From Callorhinchus milii (lineage: Eukaryota), in assembly GCF_018977255.1 (NCBI RefSeq), contig NW_024704742.1, positions 44,952,001-45,016,000 of the forward strand: a stretch of DNA of 64,000 bases, given 5' to 3'. The notes under the pieces were generated by a model. It did not search any database. It worked only from the letters and a program-made list of their open reading frames with translations, and was not told where the DNA came from. Below, in pieces: positions 37,095 to 49,061 of this stretch. Position numbers and translations under genes: made by a program. The first letter of the stretch is position 1. The number at the start of each line of letters is the position of its first letter.

Positions 37095-37572
37095 TTCACC
37101 TACAAGGCCATTCACGGCCTTGCTCCCTCCTACCTCTCCGACCTACTATCCCCCTACCTACCTGCCCGTACCCTCCGTTCCTCTGGCTCCGGTCTGCTCC
37201 ACGTCCCCCGCCCCAACCGCCCTACCATCGGTGGTCGGGCCTTCAGCCTCTCAGCCCCAGGCTCTGGAACTCCATCCCCCAGTGCCTTCGCCTTGCTTCC
37301 TCCCTTTCCTCCTTCAAGGCCGGTCTCAAAACCTTTCTCTTTGACCGAGCCTTCAGCTCCCCTCTCGACTCTCTTCCCCCTCCTCGCTCCCTCCCTTCCC
37401 TCCCCTTACCCTGACCATTTCCCCCCTCCTCGCTCCCTCCCTTCCCTCCCCTCACCCTGGACCATTTCCCCCCTGCTCGGGTCATAACCCAACTGTGCAG
37501 CGCCTTGGGACGTCCTCCTGACGTGAAAGGCGCTTTATAAATGGAATCTTGTTGTTGTTGTTGTTGTTGTTG
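37095..37572 (+). mobile_element. Young 5'-truncated L2 (ORF2 C-terminus, pyrimidine-rich 3' UTR, (TTG)n tail)
   Basis: TYKAIHGLAPSYLSDLLSPYLPARTLRSS; CpG-rich; tail gcgccttgggacgtcctcctgacgtgaaaggcgc followed by (TTG)n. Confidence 0.97.
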
Positions 37573-37584
37573 ATGTCATTAGTA

Positions 37585-37695
37585 TTGCCTTGGAGTACTG
37601 AGGACCTGCCTGGCTCAGGAACCAGACAACTGTGAATGCCACAGAGGATTGATGCTATTGACATTGCATTGCTAAACACGTCACCTGGGAGCCAA
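37585..37695 (-). repeat. Unclassified dispersed repeat (copy 2)
   Basis: ggacctgcctggctcaggaacc...tcacctgggagcca is the reverse complement of the 9.9 kb and 63.9 kb motif. Confidence 0.65.
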
Positions 37696-39807
37696 CATAT
37701 CCCCAAGAAAATACCTGTACCCCATGCCCATCTCTCTCCAATACCCAAAGGGATTAGTCTATCAATGTAAGGCAGCGGAGTAGAGTTGAACATTTGAAAG
37801 TTTTGAGATGGATAAATATTCTAAATATTTGTTTAGAAACCATTTCAGAGAATTTTAATGTAGAACTTTGTTTCAGAATATTAAATGCTTTGGATAGACA
37901 TCACAAAAAGTTATATTGATTATATTATTACATATTATATTGATTAAATATGGTCCAAAGAATCAGGCATTGAATACCCAATAAATTTCCTCATTATCTT
38001 GTTATGTTTTGGCCTGAGCTAGATGTTTTGTAGTCTAACTTTAGCTAATTATACTCCACATGTTAACTGTGGACCTGGTAAATTTCAAAAGAAATTCAGC
38101 TTAAAAAGGGTTAACAGCAGACTTGAAGGAAGATTGCCAAGTCAAAATTGTCCAAATCTATTGAACATCTTTGATAAAATCGCCAATAGTATAAGGAGCT
38201 TAAAAATGTTAAGCCTTATTATCTGAATGTGATGCTAATCAGGCTTGCTTAAGCCTCTAAACATAAAGCTGGGTAAGTTGGCAATGGAGTAAATGAATAG
38301 GCATTGGATGCATCTGCCAATCATGGACACTTTCATGCTGAGTATAAACAACAGTCTATAAGAAAAAAATAACTTTAGAAATAAATATGGGTTTAAATTT
38401 TCCCATGATTAAATTAAATTACACTTTGTGCATATTTTTTGGCTGATATTGAACTTGATATTCAATATAATTCAAAACATACAGTTAAATATCCACTCCA
38501 TCTACTTATTTGTTTCAACTGGAAAGGAACTGGAGCTTCAAATCTGTTTCTGTTATTCAAGTTCACTCTCAACTTATCATTGATTCAATTGATTTTCTGT
38601 CATATTTAAAAGGGGAAAAAAGTTTTTTTTATGATAAGAACATCCGGAGACTTTCTAATGAAACCATTGATTATTGAGGTTAAATGGTAGGACATCACCA
38701 TATCTGGTGATCTTAAAACATTTACTTTGAACTAATGAATACTCAGTTGTGGCACTAAGGTCAAACCAAGGCTGTTCTGGTACTTTTTGTTAGGATACGA
38801 CAGATGTGATTTTAAATGGATTCAGATAAACCTAGCCTTCTAAATCTAACATGTACTGCGATAGTAATGCACATTTTATGGATAGATGAAAAGCGTTGCA
38901 TTTTGTGTATATGAATTGCAAAGCCTGAAACATATCGGTGCAGAGGAAGAAAGCTAAACAAGTACAAAAGATGCTTTCATTTAAAGTTGAGGAATGGTTC
39001 TGCTTTACCATAATAAAAAGAATGTGGTGTATCATAACAGGTGTATTTCTGGTCATACATATTCTGCGACCTTGGAGAGAGCATGGAACCAAGTTCAAAA
39101 TTAACCTGATTACAACAACGTGAGCCATTTACATGAGCTGTCTTCCTGCTATGAATGAGTTCTTTTTATTATAAACATGTTCCTTTTGATCATTAGTTTA
39201 TTTAAAATCTTTTCACTAATTTTGTGAGGAATCTTTTTAATGGTACATTAAGACAGATGGTAGGAGATGTGTTATACGACATTGTCCCATGTGAGAACTA
39301 GGTTTGGGTACTGTGACATCATGATAGCAGCTGGCTGTTATTTTCACACATGTTAATTATCAGTTTTTATTTTAACATGCAAAATGGTGTGAAAATAACA
39401 CCATAGGTCCAAAGAGCAAACAAACACAAGCATAATGTGTGATAAAGAGAGAATACATGATGAGGAGCAATGGAATGTGATTTGCATCCCACGAGCGGGC
39501 TGACCTGATAAAGTCACAAGTGAGTTATGGCCAGTGCCACAAATGGGATATAGATTGTATCCCATGATTCCTCATCATGTATTCCGTTCATACTACACAT
39601 TAGGTAAGTAATTAAAATAAAAAGTAATGAATATAGGACGCAAATTTACATTCTAAATGAGAAATGAATTGATCTGGAGATAGCAGAGTGACTCTGGTGA
39701 TACTTCTTTTCCCTCCTCAAAGTGCCATCTGTTCTCAATTGCCGCACTCGGGTCTAATTTGTGATATTCGTGAATGGGATGGGAAACTGTAAACTTGAAT
39801 CTGTTCA

Positions 39808-40230
39808 GTTTCCTCTTAACCTTCTCTGCTCCAAGGAGAATAATCCTAGCTTCTCTTGCCTCTCCTGATAACTGAAGTCCCTCATTCCTGGTACCATCCT
39901 GGTAAATCTCCTTTGCACCCTCTCCAATACCTTGACATCCTTCCTAAAGTGTGCTGCCCAGAACAGGTTTATCATAACTTCCTGACTTTTGTATTCTATG
40001 CCACTATTCATAAAGCCTAGTAATCTGTATGCTTTTTTAACTTTGTTAACCTTGATACATCCAAAAGTATTGTTCTGGGTTTACTGTTTCAATCCCATTA
40101 AAACTTGTAGACACCTATACAAGATCCCCTCTGTGGTTCCTTCTCTCCAGATTGAAGAGTCCTAGCTTGTCTGCTCATTAGTTATTCTTCTAATACTGGT
40201 GATCAACCTTGTTGCTTTCCTCTGCACTGC
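39808..40230 (-). mobile_element. CR1 ORF2 fragments
   Basis: GIEYKSQEVMINL...HFRKDVKVLERVQRRFTRMVPGMRDFSYQERQEKLGLFSLEQRRLRG. Confidence 0.93.
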
Positions 40231-40864
40231 CTCAAGTAAAAGTGCATTTGGCATTCATGTCACCAGCAGTTTTATGCTATGGTGTAATCCTGCAAACCCT
40301 CATCTCAGAGGACAGAGGACTGCTATGGTAGATCTAGGTTATTTGCAGATGTAAGTAGCAGCCCTTTTGTATCATCAATCTTGCAGTCATTCACCAGTGC
40401 TACTCTTTCGACATGGGCAGCATATTGTAACACAGTAAAAACAGAAGTGTTCACATTACACAGGGCAAACGCAGGAGCAAAAGATGTTAAACATGCATAC
40501 CACAGGAATTGCACGATTTAATTAACTAAATTGTTTATTCTATCACACAGCCCATCATCCCTTAATTGTACCTAAAATAAAGCATCAAGCAAGCACAAAA
40601 CAACTTTAAAAATATGCAGTACACAGCAAAAAGAAAAATTAGTTCTGGATCTTTAAATAGGTGCATAGAATTAACAGTATAGTTTTGCAATACTTACCTG
40701 AACAATTGACAATGAGACCCTGTGGGCTTGAGTTTGCCGGTAATGCATTTTCTGATTCTTAAGTGATTGCCTGATTGCATGTTAATACAATGTTGAAGTT
40801 ACCTCATTCATGCAGTCATATACAACAAATAGCTGACTCCCGTGATATGATATGTAGATGTTGG

Positions 40865-41296
40865 AATCCTTACATTTGATATTGCGCCTTTCATGTTGGG
40901 AGGATGTCCCAAGGTGCTTCACAGATTATACAACAACAACTTGCATTTATATAGTGCACCTCACAAAGGGTAGTTTCCCAGAGCGCTTAATATAATATAA
41001 ATTGCAGTGACTGTGTGCTTTTGTGGGTGAACATGGCAACCAATTTGTATACAACAATTTCCCACAAACAGCCATGAAGTGAATCCCTAGTTTTATTTTG
41101 TTGGTCAGAACAGCAGGAAAAAGTCCCTTCTCTTCTCAAATAGCGCCGTGGGATCTTTACCGTCAACCTGAACAGACAGATTGGACTTCGGTGTCAATCT
41201 CATATGAAGGAGGGCACCTTGGACAATGTAGGAATCCCAATGTAGGGCGTGAACTCACAATCTTCTGACATGCTACCTACCAACTAAACCAGGCTG
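40865..41296 (-). mobile_element. Old Deu-SINE with nested L2-type tail
   Basis: Tail at 40865, (CAA)n tail at 40931, Deu body, head gaactcacaatcttctgac. Confidence 0.8.
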
Positions 41297-41532
41297 ACTC
41301 CTAAGTGAAGTAAGTAATGAGAAGCATCTTGCATTTTTTGTAGAACTTTATCATATCAAAATGCCTCAAAGTGCTCTACAAGTAATAGCTGTCAAGTTAG
41401 GGCTAAGCAAGAAAGCACTCCATCCACTTGAGCCAGAGTGGTCCAACAAACAGATGTAATAAATTAATTTGAAGGATTATTGGCCAGGATCCTGGAATCG
41501 TTACCATTCAGGCAGATAGGACATCAGCTTAT

Positions 41533-42138
41533 TGGTGATTCAGATCCATAAATCTCTAAAAGCAGCTAGACCGGTAGATAAAGCTATAAAAGTCAATGTG
41601 GTCTTCAGCTTCATATCGAGGGGAATAGAATATAAAAGTGAAGAGGTGATGTTGAATTTATACAAAACCTTAGTTAGACCACATTTGGAGTATTATATCC
41701 AATTCTGGTCTCGCATAAAGAAGGATATTGTAGTGATGGAAAGCTTACAGCATAGTTTTACAAGGATGATACCAGGGCTGGCAGCTTACTGCTATCACGA
41801 TAGACCTGGATAGGCTAGGCCTTTATTTTACCTATAGAAGAGATGTTCAAGGAGAGAACCTAATAGAAGTGTTTAAAATTATGAAAGGGTTTGATAAGGT
41901 TAACATAAATATGATGTTTCCACTGGTTGTGGAGTCCATAACCAGTAGACACAAATAGGGGATCAAAACATGAATTTACTTCACCAAGGGAAGTAAGATT
42001 GTGAAACTCGCTGCTTGAGGCAGTGGTTGGATCAGATAATATAGATGTATTCAAGAAGAAGCTAACCTTCACGTGAGGGGGAGAAGGAAATGGGAGGGAG
42101 TAAGGAATGGGTGAATACATGTGTGGAGTATAAACATC
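41533..42138 (+). mobile_element. CR1 3' portion
   Basis: QIHKSLKAARPVDKAIK..FISRGIEYKSEEVMLNLYKTLVRPHLEYYIQFWS. Confidence 0.93.
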
Positions 42139-42139
42139 G

Positions 42140-42422
42140 TTACAAACAGCCATGAAGCAATTGACCAAATATAGGGAGGATTGTTGGCCAGGACCTGAGA
42201 GAATCTCCTTTCTCTTTTCAAGTAGTGTCATGGAATCTTTATCATCTATCTGAAGAGGCAAACAGGACTTTGTTTTAATGCCTCATCCAAAGGATGGTAC
42301 TTCCCACACAATGCAATACCTCTCCCCAGCACTGTTTTGGAATGTTAGTCTAAACTGAGTTCAAGATCCCAACATAGGGATTAAACCCACAACCTTCTGA
42401 CTCGGCTACCAACTGAGCAAGG
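42140..42422 (-). mobile_element. Old Deu-SINE 5' half
   Basis: aaacccacaaccttctgactc...caactgagc head; ttgttggccaggac body. Confidence 0.8.
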
Positions 42423-43188
42423 CATTCACCTGACAGCTTCTCGCCATTCAAAACAGTTATTTCTGTTGCATACCTGGGATTTCATCCCGTGATGGTTTGC
42501 TAAAGAATACGTTGTGGATCTTTGTTAATCTTCATATTTTTACTCTATTGTTAATATTGTAAGGGCAATAATCAACTAAATTATAACTTCAATCCAGAGG
42601 AAGTCGTTGCACTGTACCTGAGAGAAAGCAGAGCCTGGAGGTAAAAAGGCTGCAAATGTATACATATTTCTCTCTATTCACTCAGATACTGCAGAGGAAG
42701 GAGTTTTCAACAAGATTAACAAAGGAAGCTTCTGAATCACTTGCATGGCAGTCTTAGAACTGTTGAGTGTAATGCCTTAAAGATTGGTAGGCAAAAGGAT
42801 TGGATGTATCTGGTCTGCAGTGGGTAATGTGAGTTAGAGCAAGTTGTAACGGGGTGCAGATGGTCTAACCGAGAATCCAGACCCTTCACATTCTTCCGGG
42901 ATTGTTAATAATGTTTGTTTGTGGGGGCCGCTGGAGACTACTGGAGACCCCCCCCCCCATGATAATAAACCATGCAATTGTGTCTATCTCTGTGTGTGTT
43001 CAGTATCAGTCTGGATGAGGTAGTGTACAGTCTAGGTTGAACTCCAATGCATGGATTGTAATATGTGTAATTCCTCTCTACCATCATGGTTTGAACAGCT
43101 GACATTTTGTCTTCATTATTCAGCTTTTATTCAGCTGTTGAATTAACTCATTAATCACAGTATGGTGCGGCTAAAATTCCGACTCAGT

Positions 43189-43548
43189 ATAATAATAATA
43201 ATAGTAATAATCCTTGCATTTGATATAGCACCTTATCACGTTGTTGAGACTTCACAGAATGTACTGTAAAGTGAATTGACTGTATATTTTGTGGGTGTAA
43301 CGTGGCAGCCGATTGCGCACAGAAGTGTCCCACAACCAGTCATGGATTGAGTGACCAAATTATTATTATTTATTAATCAACTAATTTAGTTTTGGAAGGG
43401 ATTATTACCCCTGGAAGAGCAATCTGCCAACCGACTAACAACCAGGTTCCTACTTACTGCCACGTAAACGGAGGCGTGTGGAATAAGGAAACTTACTCAG
43501 TGTTTCACCCGCGAAGCGAGTGCTCTAACCATTAAGCTATAGGCTACC
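43189..43548 (-). mobile_element. Chimeric tRNA-SINE, long form
   Basis: Contains atctgccaaccgactaacaaccaggttcctacttactgccacgtaaacggaggcgtgtgg (CORE-like segment). Confidence 0.92.
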
Positions 43549-44167
43549 ACGCCCTCTACTACTAAGTGCAGGGTGCTATATAAAGATGACATATTGATAA
43601 ATCTTAATAAAGATCATTGTTGTAAATTAACCATTTCAGAAAGCCAGATAACATTGAAGGAGAATTGGAGCATACAAGACCTTCGAGTGTTTTTTTTCTG
43701 AGAAGCAAAAAACATAGATGCATAAAATACCAAGATCCATCTAGAGAAACTAAGACGATTGATCTTGACGCCCTGAGTGTTTATACAGAGAAACCAAGAA
43801 CATCAGTCCAGATGTCAGCAGTATCCATTTGGCAAATTCAAAAGCAATGACCTGCAGAAAGGCAACAGCATCAGTTCAATAAAGTCAGGAAAATTGATAT
43901 GACACCCATGTCTGTCCAATGAGGGACAGTAAAGTGTTCCAATCCAGGAAGCGGTATTGGCCATCTAGGGAAAACACTTCATTCTATCCTAATCATTGAT
44001 GTGGATATTTCAGCCAGAACCCAGCAGTTAGGAGTTTAGGCTCTAGCAGTCAGGAGTTGTAATGATTAGAGAAATGGCTTTGATTTAAAAAGACTGGAAT
44101 GCAAAGCGACTTGTAAATGTAAAAGTCGTTTAATTGCAACCATTTTATTCCTTGCCAGGTTTAAAAA

Positions 44168-44466
44168 GTAATAATACAATAAATAAGCATTGCATTTCAT
44201 ATAGTGTCACATAGTGTCAAGTCATCAAGACATCTCAAAGTACTTCACAGGATACACTGTAAAGTGATGTTACTGCTTGTATTTTGTGGGTGAATGTGCT
44301 AGCCAATACACACACAATTATATGCCTTAAACAGCCATGGAGTGAGTGACCAATGTTATTTAAGGGATTGTTGGCCAGGACACTGGGATAAACTCCCTTC
44401 TCTATTTGAATAGTGCTATGAGATCTTAAACGTCCACCTGAACATGCATAGGGACCTAGGTTTAAC
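44168..44466 (-). mobile_element. Old Deu-SINE (head missing)
   Basis: Tail, then aaacagccatggagtgagtgacc and ttgttggccaggacactgg. Confidence 0.8.
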
Positions 44467-44770
44467 ACCACCACCTTGCATTTATAATAGCGCCCTTCAC
44501 GTAGGGTAATAATGTCTGTTTTTGGGGCCACTGGAGACTGCTGAGGTCCCCCTCCCACCACCCCAACACCCCACCAGACAGGTTGATAGGAGGTTAGCAG
44601 GTCAGAGATGTAGGATGAGACAAGGCCGTGGAGGGCCTTGAAAGTGAGGACGAGGATTTTGAATTCTATCCTCTGAGGAATGGGGAGCCAATGGAGCCAG
44701 GAGCGGGAGGGGTAATGGGTTACAGAGCCTGGTGCAGGAGAGGACATAAGCTGCAGAGTTCTGGATGAAC
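44467..44770 (-). mobile_element. L2 3' fragment with internal replacement
   Basis: WLHWLPIPQRIEFKILVLTFKALHGL; tail at 44467-44506; foreign segment at 44507-44580. Confidence 0.85.
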
Positions 44771-45081
44771 ATCACAAACAGAGAAACAATCTGTCACCGC
44801 TTTCTGAACAGTTGATGTTATTCTTTTGGAAATGCACCAGATGGCACTCCACTGCACACTGCAAGATAAAACTCCAATACACAGAAAAAAAAAGAAATTT
44901 TATGTACAGTTTTTGTTTAAGTGGGGATGCCACTTGCAAGACAATGAAAACAAAAATACTTTTAAAAAAAATACTGTGCACCAGTCAACCAGTCTGACAG
45001 CATCCCACTGACAGCTGACTTCCTTTTGAAAATTATTCACTTTAACAAGGCATGAAACAAATCATTGCTTACATGAACACA

Positions 45082-45207
45082 AATTGCGCCCACAAAATAT
45101 ACAGTCAATTCACTTTACAATGTATTCTGTGAAGCGTTTTGGGACGTCGAGATGACATGATAAGAAGCTATATCAAATGCAAGGATTGTTATTATTATTA
45201 TTATTGT
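45082..45207 (+). mobile_element. 5'-truncated SINE tail
   Basis: cgcccacaaaatatacagtcaattcactttac...tgcaaggattgttattattatt. Confidence 0.9.
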
Positions 45208-45630
45208 TAAATTCACGGACACGTTCTGAGCACTTAGTTTTTTTTAATGAAGTCTTGTTCCATTTGTGGACTACAAGATAGGACAGCAAGAAAAATATGT
45301 TGTTTTTTATCTAATATCATTGTGAAGCACAAAATAATATGTAGTTCACCAAAATGTAGTTCATTTTACTTTGGACTAATATGTGGGTCATTTCAGTTTT
45401 TTTTCAGAAAACATATGTAGGATACAAACAATTCTTTTAGTCTGACACATTCGGAAACCCATCACTATGCTTAAGTATATTTAAACCACTTATGAATCAA
45501 ATTTTCCCTGTGTCTGATTATCTATTGCCGAATACTATTAGGTGCAGAATGGAGAGAGCCAAGAACTGGGTACTCCAGTGTGTACTTCTGCAATTTATCT
45601 AGTTAAAACTGCACAGCTTACTATGGTAAG

Positions 45631-45633
<3 letters not shown>

Positions 45634-45661
<28 letters not shown>

Positions 45662-45965
45662 CCTTGCATTTGATATAGCGCTTTTCACGTCGGGAGGACG
45701 TCCCAAAGCGCTTCACAGAACACACTGTAAAGTGAATTGACTGTATATTTGTGGGCGAACGCGGCAGCCAATTGCGCACAGCAATGTCCCACAAACAGTC
45801 GTAGATTGAAAATGACCAATTTAATTATTGTTTTTAGTTTTGGAGGGATTATTATTAGGTGTGTGGAGTAAGGAAACTTGCCCAAGGTTTCGCCTTGCCT
45901 GGAATTGAACTCAGGTCTCTCACTTGCAAAGCGAGTGCTCTAACCACTGAGCTACAGGACTCCAC
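45634..45965 (-). mobile_element. Youngest chimeric tRNA-SINE, full length
   Basis: Long pure (TAA)n, CpGs retained, near identical to 51985-52306. Confidence 0.98.
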
Positions 45966-46390
45966 AATTGTCTGGCAAGCCTCCTGCTGTTGGGACAGGT
46001 GGGACACCCGACGCCCATTTGGGGTTTGGCTTGCAGGGTTAACAGGAGACGATTACAAACAATGAAAAAAAATACTTTTTAACAAAAACTCCCCCAATAA
46101 CAAGTCTGCCCCTCCAAGTCCTGCTGATCAGACAAGCTGGCTGGTTTGGCATCAGCAGTGTCCTGAAGTAATGTGTACTCACCAGGCTCAGGAAACAAAC
46201 TCCCGAGACTGCTACAGAGAGTTGACTGAATTCTGAAATTTAATTGCTGAGCCTGCCACCTTGGAACAATTTGAACAATAACAACAACTTGCATTTATAT
46301 AATGTCCTTCAAGTGAAGCAGTATCGCAGGGCAGGTCTCGGAGCACTTACTCTGCTTACCTCTCCCCCAAAGAGGCTTGTCATTTGACAT

Positions 46391-46680
46391 AAATAATCTT
46401 TACATGTAAAACAGTACTTTTCACCTTGGGAGAATGTCTCAAAGTGCCTCACAGGATTTAATGTAAAGTGTAGTGACTGTATTTTGTAGATGACATAGCA
46501 GCCGATTTGCACACACCGATGTTCCACAAACACACATGAAGTGAATAACCAATTTTATTCAGCGACTTGTTGGACAGACCACTAATCCTTTCAAATAGCG
46601 GTATCTTTAAAGTGAACCCGAACCGGCAGACAGGGCCTCGCTTCAACATCTTATTCGAAGGATGGCACTTCTTACAATGC
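46391..46680 (-). mobile_element. Old Deu-SINE
   Basis: agcagccgatttgcacacac; cagacagggcctcgcttcaacatcttattcgaaggatggcac. Confidence 0.8.
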
Positions 46681-47382
46681 TCTCAAACTGTAGACGTGCA
46701 ACAGTGCAGATTTGAGCACTCGCTAGGTTGTTAATAATTACCAGAAACTCCTTATGAGCATCCTGCTGAGCAGCACAGTGTGAAAAGAACGAGAGCATTG
46801 CCATCATTGTTAATATATTATACGTATATGAGTATGAGAATAATGGAACAAGAAATCCGATTTATTGAAAATACTTGCCAGTATGCTATCGTCATCCATT
46901 GAAGAAAGGTTTTAAAAAGTATTTTAGAGCTGTCACGCGAAACTATGTGTGCCCACGAAAGCTTTAAGCTTTTCTCAATATGCTTCCTAATTTGAGATTT
47001 AAAAAATGCATTTTCTCTCATGGTAAATGCCTTCATTTGTATCAGTATATCCCAAACATGTCCCTCAGAGTCAAGTTCTCGGGAATAGTCTGCTCTGGCA
47101 GGTACCTGCTTTCACATCTAACACATCTGTCCTGAGTAAGGAAATCAATGGGCACCCTTTATTATTATTAATGTACGCATCAGTGACTTTTTCTGTTTAT
47201 CCCAGTAAGGAGTTTCAGTGCTGGATTATATGTTCACTTTTAGGATCCAGTCCAACACCGGGCACTTCTGGGTTAATTATACTTTGGTCGTAAACAGAAT
47301 AAAACTCTTTTATTTTACTCCAACATTTTACTAGAGTTAACTGTAACTTTAAAGAACACCACTCTGGGAATTTTTAAATCTC

Positions 47383-47605
47383 CAACAACAACAATTTGTA
47401 TTATTCAGCACCCTCCACACAGGGTAGTAGCTTGGAGCGCTTAACAATAGGGTAGCTAGATGCCGCGTAGCTTGATGTGAGACAGGGAAAAAAGTGAAGT
47501 GACTGTAGGCACAATCGCAAAGGAAAATCTTCAGGTGTGATCTGAAGATGGGAAAAGAAGGCCAAGGCAGATATTGAAGCATGGAGTTCCAGAGTCAGGG
47601 CAGTA
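47383..47605 (-). mobile_element. Older L2 3' end
   Basis: (CAA)n tail; FRSHLKIFLCDCAY on minus strand. Confidence 0.8.
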
Positions 47606-47889
47606 CAACAAGATTCCATTTATAGAGCGCCTTTCACGTCAGGAGGACGTCCCAAGGCGCTGCACAGTTGGGTCATGACCCGAGCAGGGGGGAAATGGTC
47701 AGGGTGAGGGGAGGGAAGGGAGGGAGAGAGGAGGGGGGAAATGGTCAGGGTGAGGGGAGGGAAGGGAGGGAGCGGGGAGGAGGAAGAGAGTCGAGAGGGG
47801 AGCTGAAGGCACGGTCAAAGAGAAAGGTTTTGAGACCGGCCTTGAAGGAGGAAAGGGAGGAAGCAAGGCGAAGGCACTGGGGGATGGAG
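47606..47889 (-). mobile_element. Young 5'-truncated L2 with target-site duplication
   Basis: Near-identical reverse complement of about 37268-37555; agggcagta at 47597-47605 and 47888-47896. Confidence 0.96.
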
Positions 47890-48340
47890 GGCAGTAACTA
47901 CTATAACTAAAATAAATAAGTTTAATTTTTTAAATATTATTCAAAGCATGATTGCTCAGCCTGTTTGAAATGTATATCAATTATTCCTGATAGATAGCTT
48001 TGAGGCTATTAGAATATTCCCAGTATTATAGGACTATCCAGTGGTTAGCATATCTCTATTATTAATATATCCATCACCAAATTGACCATGTATCACAAAA
48101 ATGACATTTGAAATGTAATGGAAAATGGTACATTCATATGCAGTGTAGTCACATTAATATACAATTGTCTGTTACCAAGTCTACGCTGACATTTTGTTTC
48201 AGTGGCCTGATGAACAAAATTTATGCTATCATCTGATGTCCTGTGGGAGTGTGAAAGTGGTTGAAGGGGCAGTGTCAGTTTTCTGCAGCTGATGAGTCCC
48301 TGGTCTGTTCACACAGATGCTTTATCTTGTTTGCTGTCAT

Positions 48341-48632
48341 CTAGAGAAATTTGGAGAATCCAGTAGTAGGTTTAAAATCTATCCACCATTTCCTGCCACT
48401 CAGCTCCAGTGTACAAGTCTGGTCCCTGGATACCATTTCTTTGGGCAACAATGATGATTCTTCCTCTTCTAAGATTTTAACATCTGCTTGATCATCCATA
48501 CTTTTTCTGTCCCATGTTGATGATGAATTCTCGGCATAACTCTTGGTAATGATTGAATAATTTGTGTAGAAATGGCTATTTTTTATTAATTGTCTCTGGA
48601 TTATACATAACGACTCTGTGTTTAGTAATAAT
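48341..48632 (-). CDS. Weak candidate terminal coding exon, product unknown
   Basis: Pyrimidine-rich acceptor gtatttctttggtttctacaatag followed by an open frame of about 96 codons (..SMDDQADVKILEEEESSLLPKEMV..) outside recognisable repeats; no recognised homology. Confidence 0.18.
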
Positions 48633-49061
48633 CTATTGTAGAAACCAAAGAAATACAAACGTATCTTATTTACTATAAACACATATAGACACAGGGCACT
48701 GCAAATGTGTGTTACTAGTTTTTTTCTGACTGTTGGTGACAAATCTATTTCAGATGTGAGCATTTATTCAGCAGCCTATTTTTTTAACAAACGTATGCAA
48801 CACCTACCAGATTGAGAAGGCAGAATATTTTACCATCTTGATAAAGGAGATTACAGTGTTTGTTATACTCTTTCTAGCCCACTTTATTGCCTTGGAAGTT
48901 TTGTTTGCTTCAAAAGCAGAACATTTCCCTACCCAGACACAACTGAGTCTGAACACCAGTCTTAAAATGGCATATAAAAATGAACCAAAGAGATATGAAT
49001 ACTTCGAATTCCAACACCAAACATTCTTATGTATTATTCAAGTAGATAGCCTTTTTTGAAA

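Noticed and set aside
45890..45965. tRNA-Ala(TGC)-like genes (also near 23125, 30745, 52230, 56534, 59264, 61864)
   Set aside because: These are SINE heads: they continue into the same body and (ATT)n tail and lack a proper tRNA 3' end and terminator
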